Virus record (IMG/VR): IMGVR_UViG_3300048849_000152
Location: 1 to 50,596 of that record
Source of the DNA: a virus
Taxonomy: Duplodnaviria; Caudoviricetes
Reading direction: 5' to 3' (one strand)
DNA length: 50,596 nucleotides
In this document: piece after piece, positions 1 to 9,660 of the stretch
How the letters are laid out: the number at the start of each line of letters is the position of its first letter
How positions within the stretch are numbered: the first letter of the stretch is position 1
Position numbers and translations under genes: made by a program
Notes under the pieces: model-generated
What the model was told of the DNA's origin: nothing
Databases searched by the model: none
The model's input: only the letters and a program-made list of their open reading frames with translations

Positions 1-70
1 GCCCCGACGCTATCCCCACGAGACAGGGGTGAGAAGCGGCCAGGGCGAGGGTGCGACACGACGGGCCGCG

Positions 71-95
71 CGACGCCGCAGGAGCGGCGGCGTCG
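71..95 (-). terminator. GC hairpin downstream of the original tRNA-Gly 3' end (host side)
   Basis: Perfect 9-bp inverted repeat CGACGCCGC (71-79) / GCGGCGTCG (87-95) just 3' of the tRNA fragment on the minus strand. Confidence 0.5.
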
Positions 96-106
96 GGGAA
101 TGGCCA

Positions 107-148
107 GAGGGGATGACGGGAATCGAACCCGCGTGATCAGTTTGGAAG
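107..148 (-). tRNA. 3' half of tRNA-Gly(TCC); att core, not an intact tRNA
   Basis: Minus strand reads CTTCCAA-ACTGA-TCAC-GCGGG-TTCGATT-CCCGT-CATCCCC-TC (anticodon loop, T arm, acceptor 3' strand). The D arm and 5' acceptor strand are absent. It lies 150 bp from the integrase stop. Confidence 0.88.
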
Positions 149-170
149 AATCCGCGGGACTGAGTTCACA

Positions 171-297
171 ATGCCCGTCGGTGTCCACTGATGCCCAACA
201 TCGCTGAGATTCCGCTGAACTAGGCGGCCTGGGATCTGATCCATGTCCATCGATGTCCACTCGTGTGCGGGCCATAAGGTGCACGGATAGGGTGCAC
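171..297. repeat. Putative integrase arm-type / Xis binding repeats
   Basis: 10-bp phased repeats ATGCCCGTCG, GTGTCCACTG, ATGCCCAACA (171-200) and ATGTCCATCG, ATGTCCACTC (243-262), plus GGTGCAC twice (278-284, 291-297), between core and int. Confidence 0.6.
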
Positions 298-299
298 AA

Positions 300-1508
300 T
301 CAACGTGCGAAATCCCCCATCAGGTCGGCGAGATCTCGCTTCCTCTGCTCGAGCGGATGCACGTAGGTGTCATAGGTGAATGACGTGTTCGAGTGGCCGA
401 GGGTGCTCGCCACGACCGACACGTCTACGCCCATGTCGATCATCAGGCTGGCCGCGGTGTGCCGCGCCTGGTAGCGGCGGGCGTGGGGGAGCCCTGCCTT
501 GTCCAGAAGCTCTTTCCAACGCTCACCGTCGAGCTTGCCGTACAGAGGCTTCCCATTCGGCTGCGTGAACACCAGCGCTACGGGGTGACCCTCGTACTCC
601 CACTCGACGTAGTCGTCGTGGTCGAGGCGATCCTGCAGCTGCTGAGCGCGCGTCCGCTTGAGCTGCTCCACGATCAGATCCGGAATGTGAATGATACGGT
701 CGCCGGCCGCGGTCTTTGCGTGGTCGATCATCATCAGGCCCTTGCCGCGCACGTTCTGGAGCTGCCTTCCGACGGCGATCGTCTTCCGGTTGAGGTCGAC
801 GGCTGGCCAGGTGATTCCTAGCGCCTCAGACGGGCGCAGGCCGTACATGAGCGCGAGGTGCCAGCGCGCCGCGTAGCGATCCTCGGAGGCAACCTCGAGG
901 ATGCGGCGCGCGTCTGCTGCGGAGAACGAGGTGGTCGCGGGCTTCGGTTTCCGTGGCGGGGTGATCATGAGTGCGACGTTGCGGTAGACGTGACCGCGCT
1001 GCATGGCTACGTTGAGCGCGCGACGGATGTTGGCGTGCACGTTACCGATCGTGCGAGCGGATAGCGGCGCCTGCATCTTGCGGCGGACCTTCTTGCCGCC
1101 GATCATCTCCTCGACCATGCGGACGCGACTGTGCTTCCCGGCGGCGAGCTCCTTGTAGAACAGCTCGAGGTGCTCCGGCTTCAGGTCGGTCAGGCGATGG
1201 TGTCCGATGTGGGGTGCGATGTAGTGGGTGAGGTTGTGCTCGTACGCGGCCGCGGTGCCCGGCTTCAGGTCGGCGCTGGCCAGCCACTGCTGCATCCAGT
1301 CGGCGAGCGTCGGAGTCTTACCCGTCGCGACGATGCCGCGCTCCTTCTGCGTCGTCAGCGTGCGGAGCTTCTGCGCGGCTTCTGCGGCCGTAGCAGCGGT
1401 GAAGTACTTCCGTTTGCCGTCAACGGTGACGTATCCGCGGTACTTGCCTGCGGCCGTCTTGAAGAACGATCCTTCGCCTTTCGGCTTCCGGGTCTTCGGT
1501 TCGGCCAT
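300..1508 (-). CDS. int: Tyrosine integrase
   Basis: Start MAEPKTRKPKGEGS after GGAGA RBS. Arm-binding N-terminus; catalytic GLRPSE, AKT, YQARH (HxxR variant), LGHS, TYVH. Confidence 0.95.
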   Translation of the reverse strand: MAEPKTRKPKGEGSFFKTAAGKYRGYVTVDGKRKYFTAATAAEAAQKLRTLTTQKERGIVATGKTPTLADWMQQWLASADLKPGTAAAYEHNLTHYIAPHIGHHRLTDLKPEHLELFYKELAAGKHSRVRMVEEMIGGKKVRRKMQAPLSARTIGNVHANIRRALNVAMQRGHVYRNVALMITPPRKPKPATTSFSAADARRILEVASEDRYAARWHLALMYGLRPSEALGITWPAVDLNRKTIAVGRQLQNVRGKGLMMIDHAKTAAGDRIIHIPDLIVEQLKRTRAQQLQDRLDHDDYVEWEYEGHPVALVFTQPNGKPLYGKLDGERWKELLDKAGLPHARRYQARHTAASLMIDMGVDVSVVASTLGHSNTSFTYDTYVHPLEQRKRDLADLMGDFAR

Positions 1509-1516
1509 CGATTCTC

Positions 1517-1888
1517 CTATGCGGGTTGAAGTGTGAGGTAGGTCTCGAGGATGTGCGGGGTGACGTCGAGTTCGATGCACCATTGCGCGGGGTCTTCGTG
1601 GATCTGCGCTACGGCGGCGAGGTGGTCTGGGCTGATGAGTTTCCGGGCTGCCCATCGGTCTGCGAGGAACTCGTTCCGAGGTGTCGATTCCGAGTGGCCG
1701 AGGCAGACGTGCCCGAGCTCGTGGGCGAGGATGCTCCGCTCGTGCAGCACGCGCATCCCTCGCTTCAGGATGATGGTGCGCCGCTCGGGTATCCAGAGCC
1801 CGTGGGCGGTGCGGAGCCTTCCGTAGACCACATCGATGCCGAGACGTTCGGCGTGCTCGAATGGGTCGTACGCCCCGCTTCGGGTCAT
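1517..1888 (-). CDS. ImmA/IrrE-family metallopeptidase (anti-repressor)
   Basis: ERSILAHELGH and E-x-x-AD-x-WAA motifs; lies between repressor and int. Confidence 0.9.
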   Translation of the reverse strand: MTRSGAYDPFEHAERLGIDVVYGRLRTAHGLWIPERRTIILKRGMRVLHERSILAHELGHVCLGHSESTPRNEFLADRWAARKLISPDHLAAVAQIHEDPAQWCIELDVTPHILETYLTLQPA

Positions 1889-2616
1889 TGTGTCTCCGGG
1901 TGAATTCTCTTTGCGCTCTCATCGGTGCCGGCCGCGAGCCCGTACCGCTCTCGAATCTCTTCCTCGTCGAGTCGAGCTAGATCCTCTCCACCACCACCGA
2001 CATCGCCCGTCGTTAGCCGGCGAGCGCGCTGGGCTCGCTCGCGCGGAATGAAGCCCCGGAGCTCAGCGGTCCAGTGCGCGATCGACGCTTCGACTTCAGA
2101 TGGGCGGGCATCAGGGCCGACGTCCTGCCGGATCAGTGAATCGACCCGTTCGCTCCAGAGAGAGTACGAGAAGTCCATGACCTCTCGTGGGAGCAGATCC
2201 AGCTCGCGCGCAATCCTCTTCTCGGTCGAAGACGGCTCTTCACGTGGCCCGAAGGCCTTCTCCATCCATTCCCCGGCGGTCTTGGGTGCGTCCTTTCCGC
2301 CAGCAATGATCTCGCCGAGTGTGCGCGCTTCGATCGGAGTGGAAGGACGCACCGGAATTTCCTTCTCGAGCGCTCGACGGTCAATCGAACCCACAAACTC
2401 TTCAGGGTTCATGCCGATGAAAAGGGCGAAGTTTTCGATGTCGGAGAGCGTGAACTCGAACACTCCGTCCAGCCGCTTCTGGACGTAATCGGGCGACTTG
2501 CCGAGCCTGCGAGATAGCGAACGCCCGGACATCCCGAACTGCGTCATGCCTCTTTTTATCGCAACGGTAACGAGGTCACCGAAGTGACTTGGTGGTTCCT
2601 GCTTAGGTCGCGCCAT
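1885..2616 (-). CDS. Immunity repressor (N-terminal HTH)
   Basis: MSGRSLSRRLGKSPDYVQKRLDG HTH; divergent from cro-like gene; coupled to the ImmA gene. Confidence 0.8.
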   Translation of the reverse strand: MARPKQEPPSHFGDLVTVAIKRGMTQFGMSGRSLSRRLGKSPDYVQKRLDGVFEFTLSDIENFALFIGMNPEEFVGSIDRRALEKEIPVRPSTPIEARTLGEIIAGGKDAPKTAGEWMEKAFGPREEPSSTEKRIARELDLLPREVMDFSYSLWSERVDSLIRQDVGPDARPSEVEASIAHWTAELRGFIPRERAQRARRLTTGDVGGGGEDLARLDEEEIRERYGLAAGTDESAKRIHPETQ

Positions 2617-2729
2617 GGCATAAGTGTGACGCCTAGACGGTCACTCTGCAAGTTCATCAGGAGCGATTTGGCCGTCTAGAGCGCCAAGAACAGTTGACAG
2701 TGTCCGTCTAGACGCGCACTATGTACGTC
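2617..2729. promoter_or_regulatory. Divergent genetic switch: two promoters and three operators
   Basis: Rightward TTGACA (2694-2699)-17bp-CACTAT; leftward TTGCAG-17bp-CACACT; CCGTCTAG-centred imperfect palindromes at 2626-2644, 2668-2687 and 2700-2719. Confidence 0.75.
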
Positions 2730-2996
2730 ATGAACGTAACCGTGAACGCCGAAACTAGTCCTGCCACTGGCTTGTCGGGTCGTGTAGCGACGCGAGTGCG
2801 CATGACCATGGCAGCCCGTCAGAAGACCGTGCGAGAACTCGCGGCGGTCCTCAACCTCAGCGATCGAGCGGCGCATCGCCGGCGGTCCGGCAGCCAGCCC
2901 TTTTCGCTCCAGGAACTCGAAGTGATCGGCCGATGGCTCAACGTCGACCCAGTGGTCCTGCTGACCGGCGTTGGTCTCGAGGACGTGGCGGCGTGA
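2730..2996 (+). CDS. Cro-like HTH protein
   Basis: TVRELAAVLNLSDRAAHRR HTH. ATG 2730 chosen because it sits 7 nt after the -10 (leaderless). Confidence 0.8.
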   Translation: MNVTVNAETSPATGLSGRVATRVRMTMAARQKTVRELAAVLNLSDRAAHRRRSGSQPFSLQELEVIGRWLNVDPVVLLTGVGLEDVAA

Positions 2997-3205
2997 GTGC
3001 CGTGGTGGAGGCCGTTCGCCTTTACTCGGTGATTGAGGCGGCCGGGATGCTCGGTGTCTCTCGCCAGTGGGTCTACGACCGGATCAATGATCGTTCACTC
3101 GCCGTAGTCGAACTCGGAGACAAGCGCCCGAAGCAACGCATCCGCGCCGACGACCTGCAGTCGTTCATCGACGCACGCACGCACAACCTGGCAGGTGTGG
3201 CATGA
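2993..3205 (+). CDS. Excisionase-like HTH (HTH_17 type)
   Basis: LYSVIEAAGMLGVSRQWVYDRI...QRIRADDLQSFI; GTGA overlap with cro stop. Confidence 0.85.
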   Translation: MSAVVEAVRLYSVIEAAGMLGVSRQWVYDRINDRSLAVVELGDKRPKQRIRADDLQSFIDARTHNLAGVA

Positions 3206-3915
3206 GCGCGATGACCCTCCTCTCAGCGGGAGAAGCGCAGCGTCTGACGCAGCGAATCAAATCCACTGCGACAGGCGTGAGGGACGGTCTGTTCAAGCTC
3301 CGCAACCTCGTGGACGAGGCGAAGAGTTCGAATGCATGGCAGGTGCTCGGCTTCGCATCCTGGACCGCCTACCTCTCGGACACTCTGGCGTCAGAGCCGA
3401 TGCGCCTCGGACGTGAGCAACGGCAGGAGCTCGTCGAGTACCTGTCGGGTGAGGGCCTGAGCACCCGGGCCATCGCACCCATCGTTGGTGTCTCCGACTT
3501 CACCGTTCGGGAGGATCAAAAGGCAGGTGCGAGAAACCTCGCAGCTGTCCCTAATGGGACACCTGTCAAGACCGCGGTGAGCAGCGAAACTCCTCTGGCC
3601 CCCTCCTCTGTTGTGACCGAACCTCGCGCAGTCGTCGGACTTGACGGCAAGAACTACGCGGCTCCCGCGCCGAGGCCAGTCGCCATTCCGGTGGATCACG
3701 AGCAGGAGAACGCAGAGCAGTACTCCCTCGAGTTCGGTCGCGCCCTCGTGACGCTTCTCCGATTTGAAAACCCCGGCTACGGAGTGATGCTCCGAGCCCA
3801 GTGGGAGCGCGGCCATGTCGCGTGCCCGGACGGTTACATCGCCGTCGCCAACCCTGAAGGGTTTCGGCGTCTCGCCGCTGCCCTCACTTCGCTTGCTGAT
3901 GAATGGACGAACTGA
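3202..3915 (+). CDS. HTH-containing phage protein
   Basis: GLSTRAIAPIVGVSDFTV HTH; ATGA-coupled. Confidence 0.7.
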   Translation: MSAMTLLSAGEAQRLTQRIKSTATGVRDGLFKLRNLVDEAKSSNAWQVLGFASWTAYLSDTLASEPMRLGREQRQELVEYLSGEGLSTRAIAPIVGVSDFTVREDQKAGARNLAAVPNGTPVKTAVSSETPLAPSSVVTEPRAVVGLDGKNYAAPAPRPVAIPVDHEQENAEQYSLEFGRALVTLLRFENPGYGVMLRAQWERGHVACPDGYIAVANPEGFRRLAAALTSLADEWTN

Positions 3916-4412
3916 TGGACACCTTGGAGCAGCAGCTCACTCACCTCTACTCCGAGGTCGGCGGTGACGCGGGGGTGCTCGGTATCGAGCGACCGATCGC
4001 GTTCTCCGCGACCATCGAGAAGGCTCGCGCGTCCGGACTCCTGGACAAGCTCACGGACGCAGATCTCGAAGCATACGCGACGTTCATGCTGAAGCAGATC
4101 GACTCGAAGCAGGGCAGCGTGGCGGACTCGATGATCCGTGACGCAGCGGCCGGGAAGGTCATCCTCTCGGGTGTAGACGATGCGCGTCTCGACATGATGG
4201 CGACCCTCGGGAACGGACGCCGAAAGCTCTACCGACACATCACGGCTGCGGACATCGAAGAGATGATCCTGACTCGCCAGAAGCACGCCCGTTCGTCGCT
4301 CCGGGCGTCTGCGTCGTTCGAGACCGACGGTCGACTGGTGATCGCGCGGATCGCTGCGTTCGGCACCCTCGGCGACGCCGCTCTGGCTGGCGCACTCAAC
4401 ATCGCGGCGTAG
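3903..4412 (+). CDS. Hypothetical protein
   Basis: Overlaps upstream stop; protein-like composition. Confidence 0.65.
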   Translation: MDELMDTLEQQLTHLYSEVGGDAGVLGIERPIAFSATIEKARASGLLDKLTDADLEAYATFMLKQIDSKQGSVADSMIRDAAAGKVILSGVDDARLDMMATLGNGRRKLYRHITAADIEEMILTRQKHARSSLRASASFETDGRLVIARIAAFGTLGDAALAGALNIAA

Positions 4413-4501
4413 CCCGCCCCCAAGTACTGCCGCGTTCGCGTCCCCCACCGATTCCCCGTCGGGCGGGCGCGGCTTCCCCGTCGAACAGAGAAGAGAGAGC
4501 A

Positions 4502-4759
4502 ATGGCGATCGAGATCGCGATGAAGGATGCGCAGCACGCGCTCTACGTCGTCGCCGGAGACTACGGGCTCGGCCTTGAGCCGGGATCATTCACCACCCAC
4601 CTGATCCGGGCTGTGCAGCACGCGGACGCGCTGAATAAGGCCCGTCTGGGTCACGCGTTCCCGAGTCTGGTGCAGGCCGTGCGGATGGCGTCGGGGTCGG
4701 TGGAGGCGCTTGAGGCGCTGCGGACCATCGTGAAGGACCGCGTCGAGGTGTCGTCGTGA
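4502..4759 (+). CDS. Hypothetical protein
   Basis: Purine-rich RBS; coupled to the next gene. Confidence 0.7.
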   Translation: MAIEIAMKDAQHALYVVAGDYGLGLEPGSFTTHLIRAVQHADALNKARLGHAFPSLVQAVRMASGSVEALEALRTIVKDRVEVSS

Positions 4760-4887
4760 GCCGGCGCCGGTCGACGTTCGTGCCGAAGCGTTCGTCGTGG
4801 CTCAGCTACCGCATCCTCGGGATGCGTCTCGGGTTCCTCGCGTTCCTGGCGGCGGCTGAGCAGGACCGGGACGAGGTGGCGTCGTGA
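4756..4887 (+). CDS. Small hypothetical protein (43 aa)
   Basis: GTGA overlaps at both ends. Confidence 0.55.
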   Translation: MSRRRSTFVPKRSSWLSYRILGMRLGFLAFLAAAEQDRDEVAS

Positions 4888-5042
4888 TCGGGGCTGTGTT
4901 CGTGCTGGTCGGTCTGCTGCTTGCGGCGGTCGCGATCGTGAGGGCTTACGCGGTCGACGTGGATGGTCCGGTCATCGTGCTCGTGGTGCTTCTGGTGCTC
5001 GTGGCGGTGGCGTTCACGCGCTGGGTCGGGAGGGCGTCGTGA
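4884..5042 (+). CDS. Small two-TM membrane protein (52 aa)
   Basis: MIGAVFVLVGLLLAAVAIV...VIVLVVLLVLVAVAF; GTGA overlaps at both ends. Confidence 0.65.
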   Translation: MIGAVFVLVGLLLAAVAIVRAYAVDVDGPVIVLVVLLVLVAVAFTRWVGRAS

Positions 5043-5356
5043 GCAAGTTCGAGCAGGTGCTGCAGGACTGGGCGTCGGAGCAGAAATCCGACATCGAGTC
5101 GATCGAACACCTCGACTTCGATCCCGAGCAGCCATGCGAGTGCAAGGCCCCGGACGGGTCCCCGTGCACGGCTACGGCCACGTGGGTCGGTCGGCATCGC
5201 TGCTGCGGTTTCTCCTGGCTGCTGTGCACGCCCCACAAGCAGCAGGCGATTGTTGCCCTGGTCGCTCTGCCTGCCGTCGAGTGCGAGATGTGTCGGGCGA
5301 AGTTCCACATCGCGGTCCTGTCGACCGAGTTCATCCTGATCGGTGGCCGCTCGTGA
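5039..5356 (+). CDS. Cys-rich putative zinc-binding protein
   Basis: CEC, CC, CxxH, CxxC motifs; coupled. Confidence 0.7.
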   Translation: MSKFEQVLQDWASEQKSDIESIEHLDFDPEQPCECKAPDGSPCTATATWVGRHRCCGFSWLLCTPHKQQAIVALVALPAVECEMCRAKFHIAVLSTEFILIGGRS

Positions 5357-5901
5357 TCGCCGTCGGCATCGACCCTTCGCTGAACTGCACGGGCCTCGCG
5401 AAGATCACCGACGGGTACCTCGAGACGCTGCGGCTGCCGACGTCGACGGAGCAGGGCGACCTCGCGGACGTGCGCCGGCGGGTCCGATACATCACCGGGC
5501 GGATGGTGCAGTTCGTGCCCCAGGGCGCGCTCGCTGTGATCGAGGCACCGATCGTGGTTCGTGGCGGCCGCGGTGGCCTGCAGCTGGAGCGGGCGTGGCT
5601 GTTCGGGTTCCTCGTCGACCAACTGTTCGCCCGCGGATGCCTGGTGGCCCAGGTGCGGCCGAAGGTGCGGGCGAAGCTCGCGACGGGGAACGGGAACGCG
5701 GATAAGCGCGAGGTGCTCGCCGCGGTCAGGGAGAGGTTTCCGGCGACTCGGATCGCCGATGACAACGTCGCGGACGCGGTGGCTCTCGCTGCTGCTGGGG
5801 CGCGGTGGGCAGGGGAGCCGATTGATGGCGCCCTGTCGAAGAAGCAGGCCGAGGCCATGACGTCTGTGTCGTGGCCGATCAAGGAGAAGAGAGAGCAATG
5901 A
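5353..5901 (+). CDS. RuvC-like Holliday junction resolvase
   Basis: GIDPSLNCTG, VIE, ATGNGNADK, DDNVADA motifs. Confidence 0.9.
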   Translation: MIAVGIDPSLNCTGLAKITDGYLETLRLPTSTEQGDLADVRRRVRYITGRMVQFVPQGALAVIEAPIVVRGGRGGLQLERAWLFGFLVDQLFARGCLVAQVRPKVRAKLATGNGNADKREVLAAVRERFPATRIADDNVADAVALAAAGARWAGEPIDGALSKKQAEAMTSVSWPIKEKREQ

Positions 5902-6197
5902 CGGTTCAGATTCAGCCGGCGAAGCCGAAGGACGAGCACAACGGGCTCGCCGACATCGAGGATCAGATCCTCGCGAACCCGCACGAGACGATCACGGTGA
6001 TCACGACGTACGTGGTGAAGAAGATCACGGAGGACGTGGAGACCGGCGAACGGTATCCGGTGTTGAAGGCGAAGCACATCGAGCCGGTGCTCGGCGACGT
6101 CGAGGTGGACGCGATCGCGCTGCGTGACAAAGCGTATGCCGCCCGCACAAGCGCCGAGGAGTTGGACCTCGACTTCGAGGGCGGTGACGACGAGTGA
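5898..6197 (+). CDS. Hypothetical protein
   Basis: ATGA-coupled; GC3-rich codons. Confidence 0.7.
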   Translation: MTVQIQPAKPKDEHNGLADIEDQILANPHETITVITTYVVKKITEDVETGERYPVLKAKHIEPVLGDVEVDAIALRDKAYAARTSAEELDLDFEGGDDE

Positions 6198-6553
6198 GCG
6201 GGACGATCGACGAGATCAAGCGCATCGGCACCATCGACGCGAATTACTCCCGCGCTGGTCGTCCGAGCGGGCAGATCGAGTGTGCGGACGGGTTCAAGAT
6301 GTCCGTCCAGGCGGGTGCTGCGATGTACTGCTCGCCGCGGCCGGGTGGTTTCGCCGAGGACGATCCTGAGCGATCGTACGAGGGTCCTTACTTCAAGGCC
6401 GAGGTGGGCTTCCCAACCGAACGCCCCGAGCCGTGGGACGAGTGGAAGGAGTTCTGCGAGAACGCAGATCACCCGACGGAAACCGTCTACGGGTGGGTGC
6501 CGTTCGAACTCATCGACGCTCTGGTCGCGCTGCATGGCGGTGAGAAGCAATGA
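6194..6553 (+). CDS. Hypothetical phage protein
   Basis: CADGFKMSVQAG...YCSPR...EVGFP...VYGWVP; coupled. Confidence 0.75.
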   Translation: MSGTIDEIKRIGTIDANYSRAGRPSGQIECADGFKMSVQAGAAMYCSPRPGGFAEDDPERSYEGPYFKAEVGFPTERPEPWDEWKEFCENADHPTETVYGWVPFELIDALVALHGGEKQ

Positions 6554-7671
6554 GCGACACACTCACGCTGGCGCCCGAGATCGCGGCGGTGTACGCCCGG
6601 TCGCTCGGCAACGACAGCAACCGTGAGGCGTGGCTCCACGCCCGCCTGAACGTGGTCACCGCGACCGAGGCGAAGGTGCTCTACAAGGGGTCGGCGCAGG
6701 ACAAGGCGAAGGTGGTGCGCGAGAAGGTCGAGGGGTCGTCGTTCTCCGGGAATCAGTACACGGAATGGGGCAAGCATCGAGAGCCGTTCATCATGGATGC
6801 GATCGCCGGGTTCGGGTTGCAGGCGTGCGGTGAGCTCGTGCACGCCGAGCAGAACAAGCGCCACGCGGCGACTCCGGATCAGATCGGTGTCGACTTCGAC
6901 GGACTGATCGTGCTCGGCGAGATCAAGACGTCGAAGCACGACATGTCGTTCGGGTCTCCCGCATTCGAGAAGGCCGGCTACCTGTTCCAGATGATCTGGC
7001 AGGGGTACTGCGTCGGTGCCCGCCGCGTGCTGTACACGTTCGAGCAGCATGACGACGACTGGTCGCGCTGGGCGTCCCGCCCGATGGACCGCCCCGATCT
7101 GTGGGACGACTACGGCCCCCGGGTGATTCGTCGCGAGTCGGTGTGGATCGATCTCGCTGACCCCACGATCGCGGCGCACCTGCCGAAGATGATCGCCGCG
7201 GCAGATCGTGCGCTCGAGCGGCTGGACAAGCGTCTCGCCGAGGTGGGGGAGCAGATCGCGCCCACGTTCACCGACGAGCAGATCAACTCGCTCGTGATCC
7301 ATGCGGCGAATGAGAAGCGGTTCCTCGCGGCCGAGACCGATGCGAAGGCGAAGAAGGCGGAGGCGCACAAGGCGTCGGAGGCCATCTTCACCGGCGCCGG
7401 ACTGGAGGAGTCGTACTCCCAGGAGCACGGCGGCTTCAAGTTCACGTGGTCTCCGGCTGAGGCGACCGAGGTCGAGAGGCTCGACCAGGAAGGGGCTGTC
7501 GCTGCGGACCCTGGCCTGTACGCCCGGTTCGAGGCCGCTGCGGCGGTGCTCACCGGTCTGGGCGACCAGGTGGCGGAGCACGAGAAGAAGTTCAAGCAGA
7601 TGGTCCCGGGAACGCCGAAGGCGGCTCGTCTAACCATCACCGCATCGAAGTCGAAAGGACAGGACGCATGA
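6550..7671 (+). CDS. YqaJ/lambda-exo family recombination exonuclease
   Basis: TATE, WG-x-x-REP, ATPD, GEIKT, Q-x-x-WQ motifs; adjacent to annealase. Confidence 0.88.
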   Translation: MSDTLTLAPEIAAVYARSLGNDSNREAWLHARLNVVTATEAKVLYKGSAQDKAKVVREKVEGSSFSGNQYTEWGKHREPFIMDAIAGFGLQACGELVHAEQNKRHAATPDQIGVDFDGLIVLGEIKTSKHDMSFGSPAFEKAGYLFQMIWQGYCVGARRVLYTFEQHDDDWSRWASRPMDRPDLWDDYGPRVIRRESVWIDLADPTIAAHLPKMIAAADRALERLDKRLAEVGEQIAPTFTDEQINSLVIHAANEKRFLAAETDAKAKKAEAHKASEAIFTGAGLEESYSQEHGGFKFTWSPAEATEVERLDQEGAVAADPGLYARFEAAAAVLTGLGDQVAEHEKKFKQMVPGTPKAARLTITASKSKGQDA

Positions 7672-8705
7672 GCACAGCAGTGGCGCTGCCGACGAGCAGC
7701 GATGTCGATGCGTGGAATGACGAGGAGCGCGCCCTGCTGGACGCCGCGGGTCTCGTCCAGCGGAAGCAGAACCGGGCGGCCACGTGGGCTCCTCGAGCCA
7801 CTGTCGCTGCGTTTCTCCAGCACTGCGCCCGCACCGGTCTCGACCCGATTGCTCGGCAGATCTACGCGATCGAGCGCGGCGGGAAGTGGGGCATCCAGGT
7901 CAGCATCGACGGTGCCCGGCTGGTGGCGCAGCGGTCAGGCCAGTACGCGGGCCAGACGCCGGTGGAGTGGACGGGGGACGGCAAGACGTGGGTGGATGTG
8001 TGGCTGGATTCCGAGCCGCCGAAGGCCGCCCGGGTGGGTGTGTTGCGCCAGGGATTCGCGCAGCCTCTCTACGCGACAGCGCGGTGGGACTCGTACGTCG
8101 TGACGAAAGACGAGTGGGTGCGTGGCGAGAAGACGGGTCGCAAGATCGTCTCCGACATGTGGGCCAAGATGCCCGATCTGATGCTCGGCAAGGTCGCGGA
8201 GATGCTGGCGCTCCGGAAGGCGTTCCCGATGGAGTTGAGCGGTCTGTACAGCTCGGAGGAGATGGCGCAGGCCGACGCTCCCGCCGCTGCTGTGCCGGCG
8301 CCGACTGAGGAGTGGGCGCCGACGAGCCCTCCTGAGCCGGCGCGTGTCGCGTCGAAGGACTGGGCGGCCGCGCTCGCAGTGGCGGGCGACGTCGACCAGC
8401 TGCGCGGCGTCTATCAGGAGATCGAGGCAGCGGCCGAGGTCGGGCTTCCGTTGAACCCGGAGTACCGGGATTCGCTCGCCGTGCTCGTGCAGCACTGGGA
8501 GCTCGAGGAGCCGCCCGCGACGCTGACGGCGGGTCAGCTGATCGGTGCTGTGAAGCGTGCGATGGAGTCGCGGCCGGTCGACGCCGAGGTGGTCGACGAA
8601 ACCCCCGTGGCGGAGGCTGAGCGGCCGCGTGTCGAGGAGTGGGCGGTGGCGCCGATCCCGGATGCGATTGATGACGCCCCTTCTGCCGGCGACGAGCCGT
8701 TCTAG
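7668..8705 (+). CDS. bet: Red-beta/Bet-type single-strand annealing protein
   Basis: [56 protein letters not shown]. Confidence 0.92.
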   Translation: MSTAVALPTSSDVDAWNDEERALLDAAGLVQRKQNRAATWAPRATVAAFLQHCARTGLDPIARQIYAIERGGKWGIQVSIDGARLVAQRSGQYAGQTPVEWTGDGKTWVDVWLDSEPPKAARVGVLRQGFAQPLYATARWDSYVVTKDEWVRGEKTGRKIVSDMWAKMPDLMLGKVAEMLALRKAFPMELSGLYSSEEMAQADAPAAAVPAPTEEWAPTSPPEPARVASKDWAAALAVAGDVDQLRGVYQEIEAAAEVGLPLNPEYRDSLAVLVQHWELEEPPATLTAGQLIGAVKRAMESRPVDAEVVDETPVAEAERPRVEEWAVAPIPDAIDDAPSAGDEPF

Positions 8706-8715
8706 GGGGTCTGCC

Positions 8716-8868
8716 GTGTTCCACGTGTGTAAGGGGCCTCGCACCAACCCGGTGCGGGTGATGGGCCCGTTCGAGTCGCGAGACAAGGCGCAGACCGCGT
8801 TGGAGACTCTCGGCGGCGAACTCGGGCCGGTGTGGTGGATCGGGGTGTCTCGTGCCCGAACCGCTTGA
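8716..8868 (+). CDS. Small hypothetical protein
   Basis: GTG after GGGGG; fills gap in operon. Confidence 0.5.
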   Translation: MFHVCKGPRTNPVRVMGPFESRDKAQTALETLGGELGPVWWIGVSRARTA

Positions 8869-9325
8869 ACCCGACGTGCTGCATCAGTTGCGCGAGATCG
8901 GCCTCGAGAACCCGGACCCGGCGAATCCTCTGCACGTGAAGCTCGTGGCCACGCTGCGGCGGATGCGCGGCCAGTCTCAGGGCGCCCGGCTCGTGGCGTT
9001 GAAGTACGACTTCAACTGGGAGCTGATCGCGGCCGGCAAGGAGTTCGCGACTGCGAAGACCGACTACGAGCACCACATCGACAAGGAAGCGGTTCGGTTC
9101 CGGCTCGAGGGGGAGAAGTCGGGGGATATGGCGTTGCGGCGCGCGAACGCGTCCGACGAGGCCTATGTGCTGCTGCTGAAGTACCGGCTCGCGGAGCAGC
9201 AGGAGCGGGCCATGAGGAAGTTCCTCGACACGCTCTCGAACGCTTTCGATAACCACCGCACGGATCGTGCGGACGCTCGCGCGGGGAATCAGTTCCACGC
9301 GCACGGACATGACGGAGGGGCCTGA
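8852..9325 (+). CDS. Hypothetical helical protein
   Basis: GC3-rich ORF in operon. Confidence 0.7.
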   Translation: MPEPLEPDVLHQLREIGLENPDPANPLHVKLVATLRRMRGQSQGARLVALKYDFNWELIAAGKEFATAKTDYEHHIDKEAVRFRLEGEKSGDMALRRANASDEAYVLLLKYRLAEQQERAMRKFLDTLSNAFDNHRTDRADARAGNQFHAHGHDGGA

Positions 9326-9660
9326 TGGCCAAGGTATGGACGCACGGCGACGATGTCGTGCTGCAGGTGGCGGGGAAGTACTCGCTGCTCGGCAAGACGG
9401 TCGGGAAGCAGTGGGACGACGGCCGTGTGACGGTGCGGTGGGAAGACCGCACCTCGACGGTGATCCGCGGTGACCTGCTGGTGACGCCCGGTGAGGCGGC
9501 GGCTGCGCCGTCGTGGGCTGAGGTGGTGCAGATCTCGCAGCTGATCGGCGAGCGGAACCGTGCACGGGCGACGGCGGTCCGGCTCGAGCAAGAGGTCGCG
9601 TTCTTGTCGCGGCCGTGGGAGCAGAAGCTCGTCGAGTTCCTCCTCGGTGGTGCCCGATGA
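9325..9660 (+). CDS. Hypothetical protein
   Basis: TGATG coupling, GGAGG RBS. Confidence 0.7.
   Translation: MAKVWTHGDDVVLQVAGKYSLLGKTVGKQWDDGRVTVRWEDRTSTVIRGDLLVTPGEAAAAPSWAEVVQISQLIGERNRARATAVRLEQEVAFLSRPWEQKLVEFLLGGAR

Noticed and set aside
107-200. Intact tRNA-Gly
   Set aside because: 5' anticodon-stem strand, D arm and 5' acceptor strand are missing
1509-1922. 137-aa N-terminal extension of the integrase ORF (300..1922)
   Set aside because: Arg/Pro-rich off-frame reading of the ImmA gene; a good RBS and start exist at 1508
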